Part shown: one piece after another, positions 1 through 12,973 of the stretch
Layout of the letters: every line of letters starts with the position of its first letter
Numbering within the stretch: the stretch's first letter is position 1
NCBI RefSeq assembly: GCF_009914755.1
Contig: NC_060934.1
From: the human T2T-CHM13v2.0 reference genome, Homo sapiens
DNA: 64,000 nt
Strand: one strand, 5' to 3'
Notes under the pieces: model-generated
The model's database searches: none
Told to the model about the DNA's origin: nothing
The model's input: only the letters and a program-made list of their open reading frames with translations
Position numbers and translations under genes: made by a program

Positions 1-1575
1 CAGCATGTCGTGATGAAAACACTGAGTTAGGAGGAAGGAGCCCTCTCTCCGGCATTAGCAATGTTGATAAAAGGTGACAATTTCTGTGGATCTAAGCTTT
101 CTCACCTGTTCTATTTGACAGGGTTGCTCTAAAAAAAAATTGTTTTAAGACTCTTTATGAAATCTGGGAAAATGTAATATTATCATCACTATACCATTTA
201 ATAAATCTTACAAAGACTCCTCAATTCAAAGAAATAAGTGTATTAATTAAATTGCAAATTAATTTATATATCTCTGTTATCCTTTCTGGTTTAAAAAAAA
301 AAGGGGGGGAAGAGGATGACATATTTTGAGTATTAAATTTTGGTCACTATGCAAAATGTTTTACAGGTATTACCCCAGCTTCCCTGCAAGAGAGGCATTT
401 TTACCCCTATCTCGCAGATAAAGAAAATTGAGTGGGGGAGAAGTTGATAACTTCACTACAGTCACAAAGATAGTAAGTGGCATAGTCAGGATTTGAACAC
501 AGGGCTTCCTGACTCTAAAGCCCACAATCTTTGCAGTATATTACACAGCCACCTCCTTTAGCTGACCAACTAAAGGACTGGAGTAATACACACAAACCCA
601 ACTATACCAGATTTGTGCCTAGGCTCTAGACACTGTGGCCTGGTCACTCATTTTGTGATCCAGGAGATCAGAACCATGGTTGGTTAGCTCCACACAGCAT
701 TTCCCAGCATCTAAGGACAGGGAGCTCTCCCTCTGATCACCAGATGCACAACCATCCATCTGCAGGACAATGGGGTGGCCACTGACCATTGTACTTTTAG
801 CTGCCAATGAGAACTCATGGACTATTTAAATCCATTATTAGATAAAAAGCCAGCTGTTTCCTTATGGAACCCAGTCTTTGGTAGCATCTCCCAAATCGTG
901 TTTCAGGTTCCTTTCTTGAAAGACTTCTGGAGCTATTAATATGTCATCAACAAAGTATCTCTTCAAAGTGGGTGGGAGGTATAGATAGAGCATGCAGTGT
1001 TTCCCAACTCATTCTACAACAGAACTCTCTTTTTGAGAAAAATTTTACAGGGCTAGCACTCTGAAGAACACACTTAAGAGAAACGCCAGTCTCCTGTGGG
1101 TTCATGTAAGATTTTAATCTCTTGGGATGTTGTAGCAAAATGGGTAAAGTTATCTCCCTAGAGACTGGTCTAGATCCTTCCACAGAAAAGATGGGTCAGA
1201 TCAAGCCACCACTTGAGCAAATAGAGCCACTACATAGGAGGAGGCAGGGTGGGGCAGGGTATAAGACCCCAACCTCTGCCTAGGTTTGAATTCCAACTCT
1301 ATCACACCAGCTTGAGCAGGTTCCTTAACCTTATAGTCTCTTGGTCTCTTCATTTGAACAGTGGGGATCATCACAGCACCCACTCCATAAGGAATTAACA
1401 TAAGCAAAGTACTCTGAATAGTGTTTGGCACATAGCAAACTCTATGAACTACTGTTTTGTTCTTTTTTTTTTAACAACAATTTTTATAATTGTTATTTCT
1501 CCAACTCTACAAACAAACTGCTGTGTTTCAAAAAGGCAGCTAAAAAGACAAATAAATATAACTGGTGGCACTTAC

Positions 1576-1622
1576 TTTAGTGTCTGAGCTTTAAAGTCAA
1601 ATTTGGCTCTGGCAGGTCTCAT
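1576..1622 (-). CDS. SORBS1: SORBS1 exon MRPARAKFDFKAQTL(K), start of SH3 domain 1, 47 nt, phase 0-2
   Basis: tgttcag|ATG AGA CCT ... CTA AA|gtaagt; ARAKFDF is the SH3 first-strand motif. Confidence 0.95.
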
Positions 1623-2479
1623 CTGAACATAAGAAACAATGACAAGTTAAAATCAGGATTCATGGACAACAAGGACACATTTTCACAAATTTCTAGAAAG
1701 CAAAGCAGAAAAATTCACTCTAGCCAGTTTGTTCTAGTGTAGAAATCTGGGCAAAATTGCATTTGTCTGACCTTAGTAGAACACTAGATAAATGTTTAGT
1801 CAACTATGTATGTCATTCATGAGAATCCCCCTAAAAACAGCCAGATCTGGGGAAGAGATGGTTAGAAAGGTCCCAAAGCTGAGGTAACAGTTCCTCAAAA
1901 CATGTGAACCATGGCTATTAAAAAAACAAACAAACAAAAAGACAAAGTCAGCCAGAAGTCCTAAGATGTTCCTTATCTACTGTCTTATTCCTTAGAGACA
2001 TCTACTTGCTTAAATTATGATATGCAAGTAGGTGAAATGCCGATTCACTTCTCACATCATCTCCAACTCCATATATTTCTTACGGTCTGTGACATCATCC
2101 AAAAAGCCAGATAAAGTGGTCCCTGAGCTCAAATGACTCCTGCCAAGACTTCCAATCCTGTTGGGTAGCCCTCTGTTCCCAGATGCCCAGGTCCAAGTCA
2201 GCCTCTGCCCCTTCTCCACTTCCTGATCAAGTGTGTCATTAAGTCAGGAGGGACCTCCCTCCACACCTCCATCCCTCCACAACCCTGTTGCTCAAAGCTG
2301 ACATCTAGTTTCCATTGACACAAAGCTTCCTTTGATTTCACATTCTCTTCACTCTAATCTGTCACCCAGGAGCACAAATAACATTCCTAACATTCTTCCT
2401 CACATCTCTTCCTTGCTTTGAAGTTGGCTGCTGCTCTCAACTTTCCCTCAGTTCAAATCTCAATTCCTGCCATAGGTGA

Positions 2480-2905
<426 letters not shown>

Positions 2906-2911
2906 GTGGAA

Positions 2912-3200
2912 TTTCTTTCTTTTTTTTGAGACAGCGTCTTGCCCTGTTGCCCAGGATGGAGGGCAGTGGCACAATCATGGCTCACTGCAGTCTTGACTCC
3001 CCAGGCTCAGGTGATCTTCCCACCTCAGCCTCCTGAGTAGCTGGGACTACAGGCATGCACCACCACGCCTGGGTAACTTTTATACAGATAGGGTCCCACA
3101 ATGTTGCCCAGGCTGGTCTCAGATTCCTGGGTTCAAGCGGTCCTCCTGCCTTGGCCTCCCAAAGTGCTGGGATTACAGGTGTGAGCCACTGTGCCTAGCC
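2912..3200 (-). mobile_element. Alu (AluJ-like)
   Basis: J-type features, e.g. atcatggctcactgcag. Confidence 0.9.
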
Positions 3201-4081
3201 TTCCACAGGCATTTTTAAAGTCTGCATTTTCACATTGATGTTTTCATCTATCTACCCATCTATACCAAACGTACGGGGGCCAAGTGAATGATCACCTTAT
3301 AATCTAGTTAAAGCCACACAATTTCAATACCTGTGTTTGTGTCTGTAACCAAAGGGCATAATTTCACAGTTGCAGGTGAACAAGAAAATAATGGATGTGG
3401 GGTTAATGATAAATGACAAGTTCACAAGAGAAAACTAAATGACCAAAATTATAAGGATACGAATTTCACAGTGATTTCAATAGAAAAACACAAGGAAGTA
3501 GGTTACCTCATGTCACCCAGCTGTAGAGCTGTGTGAACTTTAAAAAATGTATACCAAAGCAGCACAGCATTCACACTTTGGTAACTGAGTTCTGTCAAAA
3601 CAATATCTCCTATCAATTAAATCAATATAATTATATAGCTGTGTAGTTTATGGTTACTTTGTAAGCAGACTTAGGTTAATAATGTGGGGTGGTGAGATTT
3701 TTTTCATTAAAGACCTGTTAAAATTCACTGATTCCATTGAACTCTTGAGACGTGTATGTGAGTCATCGATGGTTATACAAAGCAACATCCTCTCCTTCTT
3801 TATCTCCCTATAGCTCCCAAGGCTAAATCCATCTTTCCCTCCTCTGGCTTTCACAGTATTGTATTACTTACTACAGGACAGAGATAACTGTATAAGAGGG
3901 AGACTTCCACTATCAGCTCCCCAAGGGCACAGACTGAGTTCTTTCTGCCTCCCATAGGGTCTTACACAGAACCTGTGGTCACCCAAGTCCTACCGAATGG
4001 GATTGAAGTGCATTGACACAGTGTGGTGCACCTGGGATGTGTTGGTCTCTACTTTTTCTAGTCCACAGTCAACCTCTAGGG

Positions 4082-4263
4082 CAGTGATTCTCAAAATGTG
4101 GTCCCTAAACTGGTATAATCAATATCACCTGGGAAATTGTTAAAAATGTAAATTTTCAGGCCCCACTGCAGAATCAGAAACTTTGCAGATAGGACCCAGG
4201 GTCTGTATTTTACCAAGCCCTCCAGGGGATGCTAACGCACTTGTCAGAGTTTGAGAAGCATTG
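4082..4263. mobile_element. MER5A-like hAT-Charlie DNA transposon
   Basis: cagtgattctcaaa...tttgagaagcattg terminal inverted repeats; ctctag flanks. Confidence 0.8.
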
Positions 4264-4640
4264 CTCTAGAAGGGAGGCAGGCTCACTGAGCTGAGTTTGC
4301 CTGCCTCTGTCTGTGGTTATTCCACCCACGGTGCATTTCTGTTTGCATGTATCATGTACATGTGTAAGTGTGCAGCCGTAGTGCCTTCACCTGTTCCCAT
4401 CTTCTTCTACCTACAAGCAGGCAGGACTGTCAGTGAGGACAAACCATGCCCAGAGCCTTCTGAGAAGGGCCTTTTTGAGGAGGAGCTGGAATGTTGAGGG
4501 CTCAAGGGCTATCTTTCCCTTGCAATTAACATTCGCTAACTTTTGCTTCTTCCTTGATAGATTTTCTTTCTCTCCATCATTTTAGAGTCTCCTTCTCTTC
4601 CCCAGCTTTCCTTTTTCTTTTAATTTGAGACAGCCTCAAA

Positions 4641-5312
<672 letters not shown>

Positions 5313-6378
5313 ATATTTCTAAAATAAAAAAGATAGGCAATGATACTCTAGATAGAAAAATAAATAAAAAATAAAATAAAAAAGATAGAAACAAATATTA
5401 ATCTACTGTACTGAAAGGTTATAAAACAGTACATACTTTGGGTGTTATTCCCCCATTCCCCTAGCTCCCACCCTAAATCCCAGACTTACCCATTTTCCCT
5501 AAAAGAGATCATCTTCAGCAGCGCTACTTAAGGGTTACATGGCAAAGCATAAACTCTTACGCAAGATACAGCATTTGGCTAGCATGAGAATTTCGACATG
5601 TTGACCTTAGTGCAGGAGGCCAAGATCTGGATAAAAATCACTTCAAAGTTTGTTCTTCTCTTTCCTCTTATAATATTAAGCTTTCATAATCTAGGCTTGG
5701 AAATGTCAAAACTAAAAGAACAAATGAAACGTCCCTTGGAGAACTCTCTTACCCTCTGTGGGTTTTTCCTAACTGCAAAAGTCTTTGGGCTTCAAAATTC
5801 TTTAGTGAGGCGCACTACTGCAGCACTGCTGAACACTTCACACAATTCATCCACCTACATGTGAGCAGCAGCACTGTTCTATATTTCAAAATTAATGTCA
5901 CTAAATTTGGAGGCCTTTGTAAATGGCATAAATTATTGTTAAGCTAACTTTCGTAAAGTTTCATTAACCATCTTTTCAAAGAAGAATTGTGTAACTGTCC
6001 ACACCATAGCTACCAATGCATATGGACTCAGGTATAAGGTTTCTAAGCAGAATGCACAGGCAACACAGTAGCATGATAAAATGCAGGATGTGGAGGGCTG
6101 GACTCATGAAGGCAGCCAATGGTCTAAGGCATGCAACAGGGGCATGTGCCAGCAGATCCCGGTCCCCCAGCCAGGCATGCTTGAACATACAGAGCACAGG
6201 ACATAATGGGGTCATGTCTATTTACCAGCCGCAAGAAGCCAAAGCAAGCCTAAGGGAGGCCAGGATGACAGATGCTGTTTGGAGAACTAAACTGGCCTAC
6301 AGAGGACAATGCTGAGGGGAGGCAAATAGGCAAATATTGCTTTGGGTCAAGCAGCAGATTGAGGTGACCAAAACAGAC

Positions 6379-6546
6379 CTCTGACCCAGATTTCCTTTTT
6401 GCAGTATCGTCTATATTGAGGAGGTCCCCAAAGCGCTCATTAGTGATAAACTGATGGTGCGTCGGAATGACGCCTGTGTGGCGTCGAGCTGCAATATCAG
6501 CCTCTTCTTGCTCGCGTTTAAGTCGTCTCTGGTCCGCTAAAAGTTT
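6379..6546 (-). CDS. SORBS1: SORBS1 168-nt cassette exon KLLADQRRLKREQEEADIAARR...KRKSGSE, phase 0-0
   Basis: tggcag|AAA CTT ... TCA GAG|gtctgt; in ORF 6250..6594. Confidence 0.95.
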
Positions 6547-8569
6547 CTGCCATAAAATTGCATAAAATGGGCAGTGAATCATCTGTTCCAGCATATTAGA
6601 AAACTGCCAACAAAAGTAATTAGGGAAGGAGGTACTGGGTGAATGGGGCAGAAGCTTTAAGACTCAGCTGTCAGAACGGCTGTAGAGCCACAACTATTAC
6701 ACTCCCATCATAACCACCCTCCAAGCACTGTAGAAAGGAGGCAGCACTTCACTGGAAAAGCCGGGATAGGGGAAGGATGATTCCACATGATTACACTGTC
6801 CAGCAAACTACCTACCCCCGGCTCAGCCCAAAGCCTCTTGCTTCTGGCAGCAAAAGGCCAGGTGAGCCAGGGGGCACATCCAGGGCATTCCCAACCATGC
6901 TGGGCTGGCAGCAGGAGGCTGGAAGTGCCATCTCTACCCTGTTTTTAGGCAGGGATATATTCCTACAGCATATTCCCCTGGCAGGACCAGGGCTGGCCAA
7001 TTCCTCCTACCCACCTCAGGCCTATTAAACCTGCTATAGGCTTCTGCTAGTGAAGTCTATGGCACCAGGTCATTTTTGTGCTTCCTGTATCTCTTACTCT
7101 AATATGTTCTTGCCCATTTCAGAAAGGATGATGCCCCTTCTAGGCAGCCAACTCTTCCCCTAGGCACAATTTTTAGAAGGCCTTAGGATATGCACCAAAG
7201 GCTAATTATGTGGCTGACAGCATCACTTACTTTTTTACTGAATGACTTCTTCACTGGGTGAAATGAAGCTGAGTTAAAGGGAATGACAGAGAATATAAAT
7301 ATTAAAAAAAAACCCTAAGAATAACGCTACCTGGGATTAGAAGAAATATTCTCTCTTAGAGTAAGGAAAAAGTCATCTATTTCTATTTTTAAAGGCTTCT
7401 TTGAAAAATCAAACAATGTTGCTTTTTACCAAATGCCCTCAATGCCCATTAAAATGACCCCATGGAATAGAATTTTAATGTGTTTTCTGATACTAAACAA
7501 TCTTACTTTCCTGGGATTAACTTTCCTTGTAGGAAAGCATGAATTAGAATGGATAATTCTTAGCATTGGAAGACAGTAGGCTTCGTCCAGCAGGCAATTA
7601 AATGCCTCATGTGACTTGCACCCCTAAAGGAGGGTGGGCCCGATTTTTCTCCAAAGACTACAAATAACGAAGTGACAACTCATCAAATGGCTGTGGGATT
7701 TCCAGTACTCAAATAAGTTGTAAAGATTAAATTAGAAAAGACATGAGAAAGTCCTCTGCGAAGCCCAGTGCCATAGAAAGAGTGCTGGTCCAGGCATCTG
7801 GAGCCCTGGTTTCTAGCTCTGCTATTGGTATAAGTTAACTTACTATCCAGCCCTGGGCAAGTTACTACCTTGCTGTGGTCCCTTCCTGGACTAAACCAGG
7901 GGCTTCACTACATGACCACTAATGTTCCTGCCAAGTCTGATATGTCTCATTTTCTGAAAATCCATGTCAATGATAAAGTATTTGCAATGGGGAGGGCCTG
8001 ACTGACACCCCATGAGCTGGGGAGTGTGAGCTGTTTCTGTAGCCACGGGAATGGAGTGATGCTTGAAACTGCCACAGTTCTTACTCAAGGCCCCTTGTGT
8101 TCTGGCTGGAGTTAAACATAATCAGTGGAAGTGGACATCGAATGGGGTAAAGCTCCCAATCTAGTACTTGAATCTCACCTTAGTAAGTCCCTCAGCCCTG
8201 TAGTTTAACCATATAAGCCAAAAACCATGGATAAAGACACAAAACTTTTAAGAATCTATGAGCCAGTGTTATTTAGGAGACAACTGCTCACCTTCTTATG
8301 TAACTTCTAATATATCAATTGCTAAACCACTAGATAAACTACACCTCCCATGTGGTAGGCAAGAATTGTCCCATAAAACCTTCTAGGTCAGAGACTAGGG
8401 CTTATATTACTAAAATGGAATTTCACCTTCCTTCATCATAGCAGCCCTGGCCTACATACATGGGAATCTTATATCTTGTGGCAGGAAATGGTTAACAAAG
8501 AGCTATAGAAATGAATCTGCTCTATGGCCTGATGGACACTCATCATTAGTGAGTTATTACAAATAATAA

Positions 8570-8975
<406 letters not shown>

Positions 8976-10051
8976 ACGGTGGTTTTATTTTTGTCTTTTG
9001 TTTCACCATCTGGTGGCAATAATTATCATCATCCTACTCATCCCCAAGTCAGCCTTATCCTAAATCCTTCGGGAAACCCCACCTAAACTCTGGAACTACT
9101 CAACAAAGCAGAACAACAGAGAAAAAGGGCTTCAGACTTGAACGTGACCAGGACAGAGTTGTGCACACACGCACACCCTCCCCCACTGCTACCAGGTCAA
9201 GGTGATTTTTCCAGCTCTTAATTCATTTCAGGAATATGGGCTTGGGAGCTTGTTTAATCTCTAGGACTCTTTTTCTTGGGGATGTGAGGCCCAGAAAGCA
9301 TGTATCATCACAATGCTTTATCCCAGCAGAAGCTTGTGATTTTGCCCATTTGGCTGATATGAAGAACTTCCTCTTCCCAAATCCCCAAGAAAAGGGGCTC
9401 TTTCTCAGGCCCTGACAGTCACCCCATGGCAGGACAGGCATTTCAGTAGCTACAAGAAAATATACACATTTTGAAGTTCTTGGCTGGGGTTTTCCAGCAT
9501 TTCTTGGTGTATCTGCCTTCTTCTGAATTGAAAGCAAGAGAGTTATAGGCAACTTCCTCAAATTGTTTTATAAAATGTATCAAGGTCATTACTATTTTTC
9601 ATTTTCCTCTTTCTCCTGTTGCACCCTTCTCAATTTGAACAATGCTTTGTGCCAACAGAGGGGTGGGCAGTATTGGAGAAATATGCAGGTGGATTTCTTT
9701 AGGGATTATCAAGGGTGGGGTTGAGCGGGGATGAAAGAGCAAACTCTGGTTTCTAGCTTACAGGGCATTAAGTGCAGCAGTGGACAATCTCTGTATCTCC
9801 CATGCAGCAGTGCTGGCTGGACTTGGCATTTATAAGCTAGTGCCTGTGGGGAAATCAGTCCTACTTTTTGGAAAAGTCCACTAAAAGAGGCATGATTGAG
9901 CCTATGTCATATGAAAAAATCACTTGTGAAAGCCTCAATTTTTGCCTCTAATTGCTAGATCATGTCACCTCTCTGATAGATGTCAAGAATCTGTACTTGC
10001 TTCATACATTTTTCCAAGCAAAAACTAATGGATTTAAAAGATGGGATTTAC

Positions 10052-10137
10052 CTCTTTATCATCATGACGTCTTCGAATAAATTCTTCCGTGGATTCCAAG
10101 TAATCAGCTGGTATAAAATGTCTTGGCGATTCTGAAT
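10052..10137 (-). CDS. SORBS1: SORBS1 exon DSESPRHFIPADYLESTEEFIRRRHDDKE, 86 nt, phase 1-0
   Basis: ttttaaag|AT TCA GAA ... AAA GAG|gtaaat. Confidence 0.95.
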
Positions 10138-10796
10138 CTTTAAAACAACAAAGTAGAGTTAAAACAGGCAAAGATTTCGCTGGAAACCAGCTTGCGAAAA
10201 GAGTTCACCTTTCATCTATTATAAATATCAAAATTTTGAAGTCATTCTTGATTAATGATCAATGGTCGAATTCTGAAGGAAAAAAAAATTCCACCCCCCA
10301 CCCCATTTTTTGGATTTATTTGTGAACTAGTTTAATGCAAAGAAAACTACTCAAAAGGCAAAAGGTGAGCAAAATGAGAGAACTTTCTTTGTAAAGTGTC
10401 CCTACAAAGAGGCGTGCAGGACCTTATAGGGACAAGGCACACACTCACACACATATAGGGCCATTGAGAGAGGCTGCCTCTCAAAAAACCATGGGGTATG
10501 TTGGGGATTGGTGCAAACAGCAAGGGGTTCAAGAGTTCAAATGAACACATTTCTCAGTTGAGCTAAACGGCCAATTTTTCTTTCGAAACACAGTTTGGTG
10601 GTTAGTCTAAATGACATGGGGGCTTTGTTTTTAAAGAAGTGCAGCCACTACGAGCCATGATTAATTGCCAAGCAAAACAAACAGAAAACAAAGGACAGAC
10701 CAGAAAATGAGCACCAAGGGCACAGAGGAGGACGGGATAATGCAAGCAAAGTGGAGGGACGGGCAGGTGAGACTAGGCAAACACACAAAATGCCAC

Positions 10797-12275
10797 CTCC
10801 ACGGGATGGTGCCAGTTCACTTTGTGGGTTGTTGTTCCTGTCCAGGCTGTGGTCTGAGTATGGCACGGAGTTTCCATTATTAATGGCCCTTGGGTAGTCC
10901 TCCAGGGCCGTGGGTCTCTCCTGAGAGGGCTCTGAGCTGCGGCTAAGCCTGGCCATGGTGTGTCGGGAAGACAGGCGTGTGGGAACCACGGGCTTCCCCC
11001 CAGAAGGGGGCTGGTCCTGATGGGGCTGACTGGGGAGGTCTGGCTTCTGGCCCACCAGGAGGCCTGAGGAGTCACCAGGGGAAGGTTGTCTGGGGTGGTG
11101 GTGGAGGGGCTTTTTCAGCCGGAAAGGAAGGGGGCTCATTAGGTAGATGTTCCTGAGGAGGGTGCTCTTGTCCCCTCTGGCATCCAGGCGCCACTCAGGC
11201 TGTCTAGAGGTCTGCTGCTGCTCATGCTTCCGGATGGTGGTGAAGCGGGTGTATGAGGCCGGGCAGGTGCCCTTGCACTTGTTGAGGCGATGTTTGGGGA
11301 AATCTCCATGAACACTGCCGCCACTGCCTTCTCTGCTGTCAGTGGAGATATTTGAACAGCGGTCCACGTCATCAGAGCAGGTGGAGAGAGGCTCAGAAGG
11401 CACAAGGCCCCTGAAGCTCAAGGCATGGTGTGCCATATTGCTACATGTTGGGGAAGCATAGACCCCACTGGAGTTCATCCCATCCATCTCCTTGGGATGG
11501 AGCTTGGTTGACTCAAGTAGGGACTCGGCCGAGCGGGCTGAGGTCAGGCTGCCCCGGGACAGCACAGGTGTGGGAGACTTGCTCAGCCTTCCGGACAGGT
11601 CCAGGGATGGCATGGAACGGGACCGCTGAATCAGCTGCTCAAAAGCGGTGATGCGGGAAGAGACGGTGTGCTTGGGGATGTGTTCCGAGCCCTCCTGGCT
11701 GGGGCCCAGCTCACCCCTGGACAATGCCAGGCTACTCTTTTCAAAGTGGGAGGCAAGATCCCGCACACTCGAGGAGGAGGAGATGGAGCCCAGGAAGAGG
11801 CCAGATCGGTTGATCTGGTGCATGTCCCGATAAAGCATGGTGAACTGCATCCCAGCCTTTCTTGAGAGAGGACAGGGCCTCCTGCCGCTGGTGCTGTACT
11901 CCTGGAGGCTCATGGTACTGCTCGACTTGCTGTCATAATCCCGTCGGGAGCGCATGAGCAGGTTCTCAATGCTCCCTCCCACTTGGAGGGGGAGGCCTCT
12001 TTTGGAATCATTTAAAGAACCAGAAACACAAAGGTTCTCACAGCTTTGAGCCTTCTCTGAGGGCAAGAGGATACTCTTCTGTTCCTGCAAAAGAGCGCTG
12101 GGAGCAGAGAGCCTGGGTTTGAATTTGGATGGAAGGATTTCCGAAATGCAGGCCTTCGCAGCTGACAGGGGCTTCTTGTGCTTACACACAGGGCCTAACG
12201 CATTGCTAGTGTTAAACGTTCGGCTATGGACTGAAGATGAAGAAATCATGTGAGCATTCCCACCTTTACGATCCA
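10797..12275 (-). CDS. SORBS1: SORBS1 giant alternative exon (V)DRKGGNAHM...ELAPSRG, 1479 nt / 493 codons, phase 1-1
   Basis: Acceptor cttaccag|TG GAT is in frame with the 542-aa ORF 10648..12276. Weak donor GGA G|gtggca keeps frame into the DSESPRHF exon. Resembles the recalled long rodent Sorbs1 sequence and the SORBS2 (nArgBP2) insert. The donor position is the less certain boundary. Confidence 0.85.
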
Positions 12276-12523
12276 CTGGTAAGCATGCAGAATAAAATAA
12301 ATAGACCCATTAGGTTAAAGCTGAAAGCTGCTAAAAAGAAAAAGGAGAGGTAACATGCTCATTTGTCATAAGGGCTTTTAAAAAATTTCCAGTCGAGGTC
12401 CGGAAGCAAAATAATCTGTGCTGCAAAGCAGGTGCAAGGATGCAACAACAAAAAAAAATGGCTACCCTGCTAGAGTTAGGAATGGCTAAAGCTCAGCTAA
12501 TTTCTAAGAAAAGGTAATTAGAA

Positions 12524-12539
12524 TGAGAGAGAGAGAGAA

Positions 12540-12570
<31 letters not shown>
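12524..12570. repeat. (GA)n-rich purine tract; reads as (UC)n in the pre-mRNA
   Basis: gagagagagagagaaagagagaaagagaga... Confidence 0.9.
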
Positions 12571-12800
12571 TCTTGAAGGAGAACAAGGTTGGGGGGTCAA
12601 AGGAACAGAAACTATTAAAACCAGAAAGAAAAATGGCCGGTAAGAAAATAGGGGAGGGAATTTAAGAGGGCTCTGAGGCCTGAATGTGGGTCTGAACAAG
12701 GCAGGACTTATCCCCATTGCTGGAGGTTCACCACGGCCGACGCTCAGTGAATGGAGGTGGATGGGAGACAGAGGCCTGCAGGCTTCACCCAGTTAATTAC

Positions 12801-12973
12801 CTTTAGTGGAAGCAGAGCTGGATGGTCGCTTGAGCCCACTCAGGCCCTGAAGAGGGATGTCACCACCTTCCAAGACACTTTTATAAATTTGTCTCTCATT
12901 CTCCAAGCTAGTGAGATCCCCAGGAGCCCCGTCTGATTCCCTCTTCACTGCATGGAAGTTGGAAGAATATATA
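12801..12973 (-). CDS. SORBS1: SORBS1 exon IYSSNFHAVK...GGDIPLQGLSGLKRPSSSASTK, 173 nt, phase 2-1
   Basis: ttcatag|T ATA TAT ... ACT AAA G|gtaatt. Confidence 0.95.

Noticed and set aside
5490-5626. Possible exon (acceptor 5626, donors 5561 or 5490)
   Set aside because: In-frame TAG, modest acceptor and no other support; indistinguishable from chance pseudo-exons
10648-12276. 542-aa ORF as an independent intronless gene or retrocopy
   Set aside because: Its 'start' GTG straddles a splice acceptor and is in frame with the flanking SORBS1 exons; no TSD or poly(A) remnant
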